From: an uncultured bacterium
GTDB taxonomy: Bacteria > Verrucomicrobiota > Verrucomicrobiia > Verrucomicrobiales > DEV007
Reading direction: 5' to 3'
Length of the DNA: 64,000 nt
Assembly (NCBI GenBank): GCA_963977015.1
Contig: CAXBMO010000008.1
Location: 186,329 to 250,328 of the forward strand
The stretch's first letter is position 1. Each line of letters opens with the position of its first letter. The position numbers and the translations under genes are program-made. Positions 19,599 to 29,919 of this stretch are shown piece after piece. The notes beneath the pieces were generated by a model, which had not been told where the DNA came from, ran no database searches, and was given only the letters and a program-made list of their open reading frames with translations.

Positions 19599-19653
19599 CC
19601 CTTAACCCCTCAACACATTTAACAATTCTTCAGTGGATACCGAAGCTTTGTTG
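19561..19653 (-). ncRNA. Candidate ~90-nt small RNA
   Basis: Lies between a TTGCCT-N17-TAAGCT promoter and a strong terminator; no credible ORF; 5' hairpin CTTCGG-TATCCA-CTGAAG. Confidence 0.45.
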
Positions 19654-19658
19654 AAAAG

Positions 19659-19687
19659 AGCTTAAGCGATTTCGGGTAATCAGGCAA
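19659..19687 (-). promoter_or_regulatory. Putative sigma70 promoter
   Basis: -35 TTGCCT (19687-19682), 17-bp spacer, -10 TAAGCT (19664-19659); AT-rich tract upstream. Confidence 0.55.
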
Positions 19688-19786
19688 CTAGAAATATTAA
19701 CTTTTACGAAATAAAATTGAATAGATCGGGGGTCTGGTGAATTGGCTGCTTCACGAGTATCTTACAATTAGCGAGTTAAGTGGCTT

Positions 19787-22700
19787 TCAAGGAAGGCGAT
19801 GAAGCAGTCCATTCTCCATTTGCAGTTGGAGAATCTCTGCTCCGAACTGCATCACCTCCTCGGATGTGGGTGTCTCCAGGGGAACCGAAAGCAGATAAGC
19901 GCCGGGAAATCCCTGCCCGGGCATGCTCATCCCCTCGAAAATCAGGAGCTGATGATCCGGGAGAAAGCGATCGATCGTCAATTGACCAAACATTCCTGCC
20001 GGTAGCTTTGGGCTTTTCCAAGCGAGTGCTCCCTTGCGCCAATCCCAAAGGTAAGCGGCGAAACCATGGCTGGTTGCCAAAAACCTTCCGTCAGGGCTCA
20101 AAACCATGCCGCCACCGGGCTGCGCGGCGTTCTGAAGCAGGACGTCGGAACCGGCGCTCTTGGATTGAGGATGTTGAAACCAGGAGATTTGCTCACCCGC
20201 CAAGGTTTGCACAGAGACTTCGCCTTTGGGAGTTGAGAATGCCACCAAGGTTTCAGCCTTCCAGGGAAGGAGCGTGGCGGAGGCAACCTGCGGGGCCAGT
20301 GTCCGCACCTTGCCGTCCCGGAAATTTGCCTGCTGAAGGGCAAAGCCGGGGTTCCTCCAAAGCACGGTATCGCCTTTCCACTCGAAGATGCGCTCGACGG
20401 CGACGGGTTGGTCGAGCGTCGAAAGGTCGCCATTCGCATCCCAACGCGCGATTCCCCCAAATCCGGCAACCAATACCTCGCTACCATCAGAGTTCGTCCG
20501 AAACGCGGAAACCGGTTTTCCTGACAAGGATGATGGAAGTTCCGTGATTTCTCCGGTCGAACCGTCTGACGAGATGGGAGCCCAACCTTTCTCAGTCGCG
20601 AGGACAAAAAGGCGTTCGCCTCCGACCGCCAGCTTGTAGAAGGGTGAACCGGCGAAGTTTTCCGGCAACGTTGATCGCTGTTTCACGGCTCCGCCGGGAG
20701 AGAGCCAAACCATTTCCCCCTTCGCCGAGATTCCGACAAGCTCGCCGTTTGGAAGGGGAACAAGATCCCAGTAAGGATCCTTGCCAATCGCCTCATTTTC
20801 TCCGTTTCCAGATTTGCGGATGAGACCGGCGTCCGTCGCCAGCAGGAAACCGGATTCGCCGTTAACCACGTTTTGAATCATTCGAAACGGATCCCCATCC
20901 TGGCGAAGCACCTGAATTCCCGAGGTGCTGGATGGCGATTGCACATCCCAAATTCGCACCAAACCGTTTCGAGCCCCTGCCATGGCAAGCTCGGAATCTG
21001 GAGAGGAGGCAACGGTCGAAAGTGCGTCGGGATGCCAGGCTTCCTCAAGTTGCAATCCGCTTTCGTTCCAGATCCTCAAGACGCCGTTGCGATCTCCGGT
21101 CGTTAGACTGCCGTTGCCGAGTGATCCGGTTTCGATGGCCCCCGGGCTGCCTTGCGATTCGGTCAGCAACGTTCCGTCGAGAAGACTCAGCGTTCGCATT
21201 TGGGACATCCCATCCACGCTGTGAACGTGCTCGCCAAGTATGGCCAGTTCGATGGCTGGTGCAGGCATGGAATCACTCTGCCACGTCCACAAGACTTCCA
21301 GCGTAGCCGGGTTGAGGCAGCCAATCATCCCGCCTTCAAATCCGAGCACCAGGCGGTCGCCGGTCTGGGCATGAGATTGGATTTTTTGCTGGATGGCGAT
21401 CTCTTTAAGAAGTTTGCCCGATTCCCGGCTCCAGACGCGAAGCGCCATTCCGGTGAAGCCTTCGACCTCCGCATGATAAAGCAACGTTGCGTCGGGTCCA
21501 AACCACCACGATGCTAGGTTCAGCGATTTGACCGAATCAATCTCGACTTCCCGGCCGTCCTCTTGAAGGGCGATCACTGCCTGGCGTTCAGTTTCTCCGG
21601 GGACCGCGGGAATTTTGCGATAGAAGGCATACCGGCCATCCTGTGAAACCATCAAGTCTCTCACATTCGTCCACGACTCAGGCCACGGTTTGGTGAAAAC
21701 CTGCGCCTGGGTGGAAATCTGGCGAACTTCCAATTGCTTCCCGTTCGCCGAATTGACCAAACCGATCGCGTAATCGCCGTTGAATGCCGCAGTCGAACAT
21801 TCGACCGATCCGGGAAGCGATCGCCAGACCGTTTCCCGTTTCACCAGGTCACGGATCAGTATCCCTCCCAGCTGATCCTGAACGAGAAGTTGAGTAGAGT
21901 CCGGTGTGAACGTGGAAAATACCGGCGCTCGACCGGTTCGGAATTGGTCCCTGAGATTCCGGCAATGGCTCCAGGCGGATGCGAACGCCGGATCGTTTTC
22001 CAACTCCCGCCCCAGCTTTCTTGCCGCATCGAAGTAGAGGATCGATTCACCGAACTGCGAGTCGAGATAGGTTTCCCGGCCTGCCAATTCGTAGCGCGCC
22101 GAAAGCGCTTCCTGGGCGCGATTGCGCTCTAACAGAAACAAAACCGCCAATGCTGCCATGATCGACATGAGCGCGAGGCTGAGGGCTGTGAAACTCCACA
22201 TTCTGCGCATTCTGCGGGCGTGATCCCGTTGAACCAATTCATCGTAGGCAACGCCCAACACACCGGCCAGAATCTTGAGTTTGGCGTTGGTCTTCCCATC
22301 TCGGCCAGGTCGCGCGTCGGCCGCCAACGGCTCAAGACGATGTTCGGTTGGGGATCCGCTTTCGTCGGCCTGAAATCGAAGAGCCGGCGCGAAGCACTCG
22401 TCCTCCACCGAAAAGCCGGGCTTGCCATCGGAGGCGTTCGGCTCGCCATCGACGATGAGGCAGAGAATTCGGTCTTCGCGGCCCATTTTTTTAAACGCGC
22501 GGATCTCCTCGTTGACCCATTTGGATTTGGCCGAATTGGGAGAGCAAATCACCACGAGGTACTTGGCGGACTCCAACGCGGTTTCGATCATCCGACCAAA
22601 ATTGGCGGAAGTCGGGAGCTCTTCGCGGTCGAGAAAGACGGGAAACGCGCGTTTCGGAACCTTGTAGCCGCGCTCCGTTTCACGACCCGCCAGGCGCTTC

Positions 22701-22810
22701 GGAACCTGATATTGCTCGAGAGCCCGATGCAGCCATTTGCCCCAATCCGTGTCGATTTGACTGTAGCTGATGAAGGCCCAGTATTCGCGATGAGGCGGCT
22801 TCTCTGACAT
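19787..22810 (-). CDS. TIR domain - transmembrane helix - WD40/PQQ-like beta-propeller protein
   Basis: YWAFISYS..D, FLDREEL, LVVICSPNSAKSKWVNEEI (TIR with catalytic-type Glu); TM after RRMRR; WD-like repeats (TGDRNGVLRIWN, AGARNGLVRIWD, SPDGRFLA). Confidence 0.88.
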   Translation of the reverse strand: MSEKPPHREYWAFISYSQIDTDWGKWLHRALEQYQVPKRLAGRETERGYKVPKRAFPVFLDREELPTSANFGRMIETALESAKYLVVICSPNSAKSKWVNEEIRAFKKMGREDRILCLIVDGEPNASDGKPGFSVEDECFAPALRFQADESGSPTEHRLEPLAADARPGRDGKTNAKLKILAGVLGVAYDELVQRDHARRMRRMWSFTALSLALMSIMAALAVLFLLERNRAQEALSARYELAGRETYLDSQFGESILYFDAARKLGRELENDPAFASAWSHCRNLRDQFRTGRAPVFSTFTPDSTQLLVQDQLGGILIRDLVKRETVWRSLPGSVECSTAAFNGDYAIGLVNSANGKQLEVRQISTQAQVFTKPWPESWTNVRDLMVSQDGRYAFYRKIPAVPGETERQAVIALQEDGREVEIDSVKSLNLASWWFGPDATLLYHAEVEGFTGMALRVWSRESGKLLKEIAIQQKIQSHAQTGDRLVLGFEGGMIGCLNPATLEVLWTWQSDSMPAPAIELAILGEHVHSVDGMSQMRTLSLLDGTLLTESQGSPGAIETGSLGNGSLTTGDRNGVLRIWNESGLQLEEAWHPDALSTVASSPDSELAMAGARNGLVRIWDVQSPSSTSGIQVLRQDGDPFRMIQNVVNGESGFLLATDAGLIRKSGNGENEAIGKDPYWDLVPLPNGELVGISAKGEMVWLSPGGAVKQRSTLPENFAGSPFYKLAVGGERLFVLATEKGWAPISSDGSTGEITELPSSLSGKPVSAFRTNSDGSEVLVAGFGGIARWDANGDLSTLDQPVAVERIFEWKGDTVLWRNPGFALQQANFRDGKVRTLAPQVASATLLPWKAETLVAFSTPKGEVSVQTLAGEQISWFQHPQSKSAGSDVLLQNAAQPGGGMVLSPDGRFLATSHGFAAYLWDWRKGALAWKSPKLPAGMFGQLTIDRFLPDHQLLIFEGMSMPGQGFPGAYLLSVPLETPTSEEVMQFGAEILQLQMENGLLHRLP

Positions 22811-23086
22811 GACGGCATCCTTCAGGAGAGAGGTGGAGAACGCAATAGGATTAGGGCGAAACTCCCGACAGTTGGGCCGAAGGGCGATGGAGGAAACCAG
22901 GCTGAAAGCTCGGGAGTTGGGAGTCAAAGTGGTCGCCGGAAATTGCAAAATGTCGGATTGTATGACAATGTATTGGCAGTTCATTTCCCAGTTCTTCCCA
23001 AGGTGCCGGGTATCCAGGAGAGGGCTGCGGAATGGAGTTTTGCCAGATCGCCTGATGGTCAGGTGAATTCTCGCCCCCCAAAAATC

Positions 23087-25207
23087 ATGTTAACTTCTGA
23101 AAAATCTCCTCATCAGGATGTACCCACTTCATCTCAGACCGAGTGGGAGCTTCCCAACATCCAGTTGGAGTTCGGGGACGACCGAGTTGCCGTTCTCAGG
23201 TTCGATCGCGCGGAAGGTTCGGCAAATATCTTTGATGATGAGACCCTTGATGAGCTGGGGAAACATCTGGATTGGTTGGAAGGGGAACCGGAGCTTGAGG
23301 GCGTGGTCCTCCTGAGTGCCAAACCGGGAATTTTCATGGCGGGTGCTGATCTTGAGACGATGAGCGTGGCCTCAGAGGCTGACTTGAAGAAGTTTGCGGA
23401 GAAGGGGCAGGTGGTTTTCGGACGATTGGCGAAACTTCAGGTGCCCACGGTTGCTGCGATTCACGGAGCCTGCCTGGGCGGTGGACTCGAAGTCGCCCTC
23501 GCTTGTGATTGGCGGATCGCGACGCCTGCAAACGTGACGTCACTGGGATTGCCGGAAACGCAGCTTGGGATCCTTCCCGCATGGGGCGGCTCCACGCGAC
23601 TCTCCAGATTGATCGGCCTACCCAAAGCGCTCAAATTGATTCTCGCCGGATCGCGATTGAATGGAAAGCGCGCCAAAAAACTTGGGATCGTGGATTCCAT
23701 CGTTCATCGCGAACACCTGTTGGAGGAAGCGAGGAAGTGGATCGCGCGAGGAAAGGCAACCCGGCTTTCGCGGGTTTGGACGAACAACCCGGCTAGCGCG
23801 TTGATTCTCCAGGCGATCGTTGGCCGGAAGCTGCGGGAGCAGACGCGAAATAACTATCCAGCCCCGGTGGTTGCCCTCGAAGTGGTGTGCCGTGGGGCGA
23901 GCGGCAACCTGGAAGAGTCGCTGAAGCGGGAACAGCTGGCGTTGCAAGAGTTGCTGAAGACCGATGCGGCCAGAAATCTGATCCGGGTCTTCCTTCTGCA
24001 ACAGCGTTCGCGGAAGCTGGTCCACGATGCGGCGGTGAAACCGCTTCCCAAATTGGTGGAGCGAACGGCGGTGATTGGCGCGGGAGTGATGGGCGCCGGA
24101 ATTGCCCAATGGATCAGTTCGCGTGGGGTTCCGGTTGTGCTTCAGGATATCGACAACGCCCGAGTTGCCGCCGGGATGGAAGCGATTCGCAAGACCTACT
24201 CGGGAGGCATCAGGCGCGGCTTGTTTTCCCAGCACGAGGCCGAGCGGCTGATGGACGGAATTTCGCCTGCGGGGACGCCTGTTCCGCTGACGAATCAAGA
24301 TGTCGTGATCGAGGCGGCGGTTGAGAATCTCGATCTCAAGAAAAAGATCTTTGCGGACCTCTGTTCGCGAACGCGCGAGGACACGATTCTCGCGACGAAC
24401 ACGTCCGCGCTCCCGATTGGTGAATTGGCGAAGGCGGAGGGAATCACGAATCCCGGCCGAATCCTGGGCCTGCATTTTTTCAATCCCGTTCACCGCATGA
24501 AGTTAGTTGAGATTGTCGTGGCGGAGCAAACGGCTCCGGAAGCCGCAGAAGCTGCGCTTCGGTTTGTGAAGAAGATCGGGAAGCTCCCGGTGGTGGTCGC
24601 GGATTCTCCGGGCTTTCTCGTGAACCGCATTTTAATGCCGTATTTGATCTCGGCGGGAAGGCTTTTTGAGGGGGGCGTGGATCCGCGCGAGATTGATGAG
24701 GCGATGCTCGATTTTGGAATGCCCATGGGGCCGCTTCGTCTCCTCGATGAAATCGGGCTCGACGTTGCCATGCATGTGGCCCACTCGATGGAATCGAACT
24801 TCGGAGAGCGTCTCGCAACACCTCAAATTCTTCGACGGCTGGTCGATCACGGCTGCCTGGGACGAAAGTCGGGATCCGGATTCTTTAGCTACGGGGCGAA
24901 GAAGGCGAAGCCGACGGTGAATCCAGAGGCTCTATCGTCGCAATCGCAAAGCGGGAAGGAGCCACTCGATCGCAAGGTTATTGCGACGCTTTTGGCGGGA
25001 TTGACCATTCACGAAGCCAAACTTTGTCTTGCCGAGGAAGTCACCAAGTCACCCGATGATGTCGACTTTGCGATGATCATGGGGACGGGGTGGGCTCCTT
25101 ATCGTGGCGGTCCCATGCGCTATCTGGAGACGATTGGTGAGCGCGAGTTCGAAGAACGATTTGAAGCTGCCCGGAATGCTGTCCGCGAGAACGGAGTTCA
25201 ACCCTAA
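23087..25207 (+). CDS. Fatty acid oxidation multifunctional enzyme (enoyl-CoA hydratase/3-hydroxyacyl-CoA dehydrogenase, FadJ/FadB-like)
   Basis: FMAGADL, CLGGGLEVALACD, LPETQLG..P.WGG; VIGAGVMGAGIA, EAAVEN, TNTSAL, LHFFNPV, PGFLVNR. Confidence 0.93.
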   Translation: MLTSEKSPHQDVPTSSQTEWELPNIQLEFGDDRVAVLRFDRAEGSANIFDDETLDELGKHLDWLEGEPELEGVVLLSAKPGIFMAGADLETMSVASEADLKKFAEKGQVVFGRLAKLQVPTVAAIHGACLGGGLEVALACDWRIATPANVTSLGLPETQLGILPAWGGSTRLSRLIGLPKALKLILAGSRLNGKRAKKLGIVDSIVHREHLLEEARKWIARGKATRLSRVWTNNPASALILQAIVGRKLREQTRNNYPAPVVALEVVCRGASGNLEESLKREQLALQELLKTDAARNLIRVFLLQQRSRKLVHDAAVKPLPKLVERTAVIGAGVMGAGIAQWISSRGVPVVLQDIDNARVAAGMEAIRKTYSGGIRRGLFSQHEAERLMDGISPAGTPVPLTNQDVVIEAAVENLDLKKKIFADLCSRTREDTILATNTSALPIGELAKAEGITNPGRILGLHFFNPVHRMKLVEIVVAEQTAPEAAEAALRFVKKIGKLPVVVADSPGFLVNRILMPYLISAGRLFEGGVDPREIDEAMLDFGMPMGPLRLLDEIGLDVAMHVAHSMESNFGERLATPQILRRLVDHGCLGRKSGSGFFSYGAKKAKPTVNPEALSSQSQSGKEPLDRKVIATLLAGLTIHEAKLCLAEEVTKSPDDVDFAMIMGTGWAPYRGGPMRYLETIGEREFEERFEAARNAVRENGVQP

Positions 25208-25225
25208 CCTTTATCGCAAAAATTC

Positions 25226-27097
25226 ATGAAGTCAGAAACCTCCCCAAAACCCAAGGACTCTTCCAACCTGATTGATACCTCAAAGATGAGCCAAGGCGAA
25301 CGTGCCGCCTTGGAAATGGCGGAAGCCGCTCGCGAACGGACCACTCGCGGTGGCAGCTTCGCCGGCTCTTTCTTTATGGGCGATCCCGATTTTTCCCGGC
25401 TTTTGCCTTTTCCGGAACAAAGCGCGGAAGACAAGGCCGAAGGTGATGTCTTTATCAAAAAGCTACGCCGATTCCTGCTTGAGCATGTTGATCCCGATGC
25501 CATCGATCGGGAAGGGGAGATTCCGGATGAGGTCCTGGACGGACTCCGAAAGCTGGGAGCGTTCGGGATCAAGATTCCCAAGGAATATGGCGGCCTGGGA
25601 TTGAGCCAGACGAATTATTCGCGAGCAGCCATGGAGTTGGGGAGCTACTGCGGAAACCTGACCGCGTTGCTGAGCGCGCACCAATCGATCGGCGTTCCCC
25701 AGCCCTTGATCGCGTTTGGTACCGAGGACCAGAAGAAGCGGTTTCTGCCCCGGTGTGCGGCGGGCGAGATTTCCGCGTTTGCGTTGACGGAACCGGATGT
25801 TGGTTCCGATCCTGCCAAGATGAAAACGTCCGCCGTTCTCAGTCCGGACGGGAAGTCCTACGTCATCAATGGTGAAAAACTCTGGTGCACCAACGGCGTG
25901 AAAGCCGGAATGATCATTGTGATGGCGCGGAGCGCAGAATCGGAGGCGGAACTTGCGGAGAGTCGCAGCATCACGGCGTTCATCGTTGAAATGGATATGC
26001 CGGGTGTTGAGGTGACACATCGTTGTCGATTCATGGGACTCAAATCGCTCTACAATGGAGTGGTGACCTTTTCGGATGTTCGCGTTCCGGTTGAGAATAT
26101 CGTGCTGGGTGAAGGCCGAGGACTGAAGGTGGCGCTGAGCACGCTCAACACCGGACGTATCACGCTCCCGGCAGCCTGCGCGGGAATGGCAAATCGTTGT
26201 CTGGAATGGAGCCTGGATTGGGCGTCGAGACGCGTGCAATGGGGATCGCAAATCGGGCGGCATGACGCGATTGCCCAGAAACTCGCGCGAATGGCCGGTG
26301 ATGCCTTTGCGATCGAGGCGATGACACGGTTTACCAGCAGCCTCGTCGATCAAGACAAGAAGAACGACATTCGTCTGGAAGCTGCGTTTGGAAAGATGTG
26401 GGGAACGGAACGGGGGTGGCGGATTGTGGATGATACCATGCAGATTCGCGGCGGAAGGGGATACGAAACCGCCGAGAGTCTTCGCAATCGCGGCGATGAA
26501 GCGGTCCCGATCGAGCGGTTTTTCCGCGATGCTCGAATCAACACCATCTTTGAAGGCAGCAGCGAAATCATGCGCCTCTTCATTGCGCGGGAAGCCTTGG
26601 ATCCGCATTTGAAGATCGGCGGTCCGGTGCTCAATACCACCTTGGATCGCGAAACCCGGCTTCGAGCCGTTTGGCGAAGCGCACTGTTCTATAGCCGCTG
26701 GTACCCGATGCTTTGGTTGCCACGACTCGGTGGATTGCCCCGGGATCTGGATCCCGAAATTCGGCGCGAGCTGAAGCGGGTGAGGGGACTGAGCCGGAAG
26801 TTGGCGCGGGGGCTCTTCCACGCGATGATGAAGCACGGCCCAAAGCTGGAGAAGAAGCAATCCCAGTTGGGGCGTTTCGTCGACATCGGCGCCGAGCTTT
26901 TTGCGATGAGCGTGACTTGTGCCCGGGCGCAGAGGCTTCTCAACGACGAAGACCAAAACCCGGAAGAGCTGCTGCGTTCCGTGCGGTTTTCCTGCAAGGA
27001 TTCCCGCGCGCGGATTGCTGGCCTGTTTGCCCAATCGCGGAGAAATGCCGATGAGGAAGGTTATCGCCTCGCCAAGAATCTGCTGCGAGAAGCTTAG
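25226..27097 (+). CDS. Acyl-CoA dehydrogenase (ACAD9/VLCAD-like)
   Basis: AFALTEPDVGSD, NGEKLWCTNG, LNTGR, QIRGGRGY, RDARINTIFEGSSEI. Confidence 0.95.
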   Translation: MKSETSPKPKDSSNLIDTSKMSQGERAALEMAEAARERTTRGGSFAGSFFMGDPDFSRLLPFPEQSAEDKAEGDVFIKKLRRFLLEHVDPDAIDREGEIPDEVLDGLRKLGAFGIKIPKEYGGLGLSQTNYSRAAMELGSYCGNLTALLSAHQSIGVPQPLIAFGTEDQKKRFLPRCAAGEISAFALTEPDVGSDPAKMKTSAVLSPDGKSYVINGEKLWCTNGVKAGMIIVMARSAESEAELAESRSITAFIVEMDMPGVEVTHRCRFMGLKSLYNGVVTFSDVRVPVENIVLGEGRGLKVALSTLNTGRITLPAACAGMANRCLEWSLDWASRRVQWGSQIGRHDAIAQKLARMAGDAFAIEAMTRFTSSLVDQDKKNDIRLEAAFGKMWGTERGWRIVDDTMQIRGGRGYETAESLRNRGDEAVPIERFFRDARINTIFEGSSEIMRLFIAREALDPHLKIGGPVLNTTLDRETRLRAVWRSALFYSRWYPMLWLPRLGGLPRDLDPEIRRELKRVRGLSRKLARGLFHAMMKHGPKLEKKQSQLGRFVDIGAELFAMSVTCARAQRLLNDEDQNPEELLRSVRFSCKDSRARIAGLFAQSRRNADEEGYRLAKNLLREA

Positions 27098-28521
27098 GAC
27101 TCCAGGTTTCCCGATTTCAGAAGTTCAACGTTCGCACCAATCTCCAGTGGAGCACCAACGATGTTGTTGCTCATCAGGTTGCCCTTGCCAACGCCCTTCC
27201 AGGTGACGGACTTTTTCATCAGGCTGGGAGTTCTCTGATCGTGAACCTGACAAGCCCCTAAACTGATGGAGTGGCTGTCTTCGAGGTGGACACCGACGGG
27301 GTTGGGATCCAGAAACTGACAGCCATTCACCGTGATGCGTTTGGACTTCACGATCTCGAGAAGCGCGCGGTGGACGCGGGGTGGTTTTCCGTGCCAGGTT
27401 TCGTCCCAGGTCGTCTTTCCGGCCGGCGCGCCCCGCATTTGCAGATTGCTGAGAACGCAATCCGAGCAGTTGCGAAGGCTGATGTTGTTGTCGATTTGGC
27501 GGGTCACCGTCCAGTTGTTGTGTCCGATGATATTGGACCCGATGGTCAACTCGCGGCTGTCTTCAACCAGCAGAGTATGTTGGTAACCACCGTAGATATG
27601 GTTTCCCGTTATCGCGATGCCGCTGCAGTGTTGCAGATGGAGATTGATCGCCTGATTGCCAATGAGGTTTCCGGAGATCGCAGCCATCCCCACCGGAAGC
27701 AGCCCACTGGGATCAGGCCCGATGATTCTGATGTTGGCGCCATTTGGGCTATGGGTTGCTTGAATCGTGTTGGAGGCAATGGTGAATTCACGAACGGAAG
27801 GGCGAGGGACGTCTTTGGAGGTGCCTCGGGAATCGATGTAGATTTCGGCGGTGGGATCATCCGGTTTGCCAACGTCGAAGTTCTTGTAGTTGTTGTATTC
27901 GATGTCGTTTCCGGTGATCTGCAGGTTTCGAATCTCTGAACCCTCGATGCGGATTCCACCAAGCCGATTGTAACTGATGTGGCTCCCGACGATGTTGATC
28001 TGATGGAGATTGACGCGGTCGAGAAAGACGCCGATTCCCGTGTTGTGATAGATCTGGCAGTTGGTGATGATCACATTGCGATTGCGCTCGTGGAGATGAA
28101 TGCCGTGCCGCAATCGATGCAGCCCGACTCGGGAAATCACCGCCTGCATCGTCCCTGCGAGCTGGATTCCGTCAGCCTCAGGATGAGCTCCCTCGATTTC
28201 CAGATTGGAGATCTGCGGCATCCGTTCGCGCTCCCAGACTTCGGGTTTGACACTTCCGGGGCTTGCCGTGCCGCCATGAGTTCCCACCAAGCGAATGGCG
28301 GGACCCGGGCCAGCCATCACCAACTTCGCGGTTCCGTCAGAACCTTCGAGCCCGATTCGACCGAACTCGGCCAGCGAGATCTCCAGAGTGCGGGTGATCC
28401 GGTAATCGCCCCGGTTGAATCGGACGGACCCTTCACCATCACGGATCGCATGTTCGATCGCGTCAGTATCATCCGTGCTTCCGTCACCGGCTGCACCAAA
28501 CTCGTAAACGTGGCTGCTCAT
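27094..28521 (-). CDS. Right-handed parallel beta-helix (pectin lyase-like) protein
   Basis: FGAAGDGSTDDT.AI N-terminus; repeated I.GN.I / N..I motifs. Confidence 0.85.
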   Translation of the reverse strand: MSSHVYEFGAAGDGSTDDTDAIEHAIRDGEGSVRFNRGDYRITRTLEISLAEFGRIGLEGSDGTAKLVMAGPGPAIRLVGTHGGTASPGSVKPEVWERERMPQISNLEIEGAHPEADGIQLAGTMQAVISRVGLHRLRHGIHLHERNRNVIITNCQIYHNTGIGVFLDRVNLHQINIVGSHISYNRLGGIRIEGSEIRNLQITGNDIEYNNYKNFDVGKPDDPTAEIYIDSRGTSKDVPRPSVREFTIASNTIQATHSPNGANIRIIGPDPSGLLPVGMAAISGNLIGNQAINLHLQHCSGIAITGNHIYGGYQHTLLVEDSRELTIGSNIIGHNNWTVTRQIDNNISLRNCSDCVLSNLQMRGAPAGKTTWDETWHGKPPRVHRALLEIVKSKRITVNGCQFLDPNPVGVHLEDSHSISLGACQVHDQRTPSLMKKSVTWKGVGKGNLMSNNIVGAPLEIGANVELLKSGNLES

Positions 28522-28562
28522 CCCCAAGTTTGGGGACTCCGCCGGTTCAGATCAAGTCGCGA

Positions 28563-29852
28563 TTAGTTGGTCGTGGTCTCCACTCCGGTGATGATTCGGG
28601 CGCCCCGCTTGTAGGTCATGTAGGAGTATACCCATTGCCAAAAGACGGCGACCTTGTTGCGAAAACCGATCAGGAAAAGGAGGTGGATAAAGAGCCACAT
28701 CAGCCAGGCAATGAAGCCGGTGAATTTGGCTCCTCCGCTCGTGGCGACCGCGGCACTTCGTCCGATGGTGGCCATGCTCCCCTTGTCGAGATACTTGAAG
28801 GGGCCGGTTTGCCCGCGACCGAGCTGCCGGGCAACGTAATCGCCCATCTGAATCGCTGCCGGGCACAGACCGGGAACGGCCTTGCCGTTGGCATCGATCA
28901 ACGAGACGATGTCACCAATGGCGTAGACTTCGGGATGACCGGGGAGGCTGAGATCGGGACGCACTTTGAGGCGACCGGCGCGATCCGTTTCGACTCCGAG
29001 ATTGCGAACGATGGCCGGAGCCTCGACCCCGGCGGCCCACAAGACGTTGGCCGTTTCGATCCGCTCACCGGCCACGACAACGTAGCCGTCGCCAACATCC
29101 TCGACCATGGCGCCGACTCGAACTTCCACTCCTATTCCCTCCAGGCGTTGCTTCGTGTACTCAGACAGATCTTCCGGATACATCGTCAAGAGACGGTCCA
29201 TCCCTTCGACGAGAATGATCCGGGTATCACGGGGATTGATGCGGCGAAAGTCGTGAGCCATGACTCGTTTCGCAAGCTCGGCAAAGGCTCCCGCGAGCTC
29301 GACGCCGGTTGGTCCACCACCGATCACCACCGTCGTCATCAGTTTTCGGATTTCATCTTCGTCGTCGCTGGCTTCCGCGAGTTCGAAGGCCCGGAGAATC
29401 GCCGCTCGAATCTGCGTGGCATCGCGCAGGGACTTCAGGGCGTGAGAATGCTTCGCCCAATGATCATGCCCGAAATAGCTTGTTTTGACGCCGAGCGCGA
29501 TCACGAGATGGTCGTAGTTGAGCGTTCGTTCGCTGGTCGTGACTTCGCGATTCTCCAGATTGATGCTGGTAACCTCTTCCATCAGCACATCCAGGTTCGT
29601 CCGTTCGCTCAGGATCGCCCGCAGAGGTTGGGCGATCTCGGGGGCTGCCAGCCCGGCACTTGCCACCTGATAGAGAAGGGGCTGAAAGAGGTGATGATTC
29701 TGGCGATCGATCAGGGTGATGTGGAAGCGCTCGGAATTGTCCAACTCCTTGCAGAATTCCAGACCCCCAAAGCCGCCACCGAGAACGACGACATGGGTTT
29801 TGCCCTCGGGAGGGCCGAGGTGAGGATGACTTTTTGCTTGCTGATTTTTCAT
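28563..29852 (-). CDS. ndh: Type II NADH dehydrogenase (NDH-2)
   Basis: GGGFGG, HHLFQPLLYQVA, GGGPTGVELAG, WAAGV, AIGD, DKGSMATIGR. Confidence 0.93.
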   Translation of the reverse strand: MKNQQAKSHPHLGPPEGKTHVVVLGGGFGGLEFCKELDNSERFHITLIDRQNHHLFQPLLYQVASAGLAAPEIAQPLRAILSERTNLDVLMEEVTSINLENREVTTSERTLNYDHLVIALGVKTSYFGHDHWAKHSHALKSLRDATQIRAAILRAFELAEASDDEDEIRKLMTTVVIGGGPTGVELAGAFAELAKRVMAHDFRRINPRDTRIILVEGMDRLLTMYPEDLSEYTKQRLEGIGVEVRVGAMVEDVGDGYVVVAGERIETANVLWAAGVEAPAIVRNLGVETDRAGRLKVRPDLSLPGHPEVYAIGDIVSLIDANGKAVPGLCPAAIQMGDYVARQLGRGQTGPFKYLDKGSMATIGRSAAVATSGGAKFTGFIAWLMWLFIHLLFLIGFRNKVAVFWQWVYSYMTYKRGARIITGVETTTN

Positions 29853-29919
29853 GGAGGAGCCAAATCCGGCTATGACCTAATTCGTTTGGCATTTCCAGTT
29901 GGGAACCAAACATTTTTAC

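Noticed and set aside
17535-22810. Pycsar/Thoeris/CBASS defence operon
   Set aside because: Genes are convergent, the TIR protein has no cNMP-binding domain, and no ThsA-like effector or CD-NTase is present
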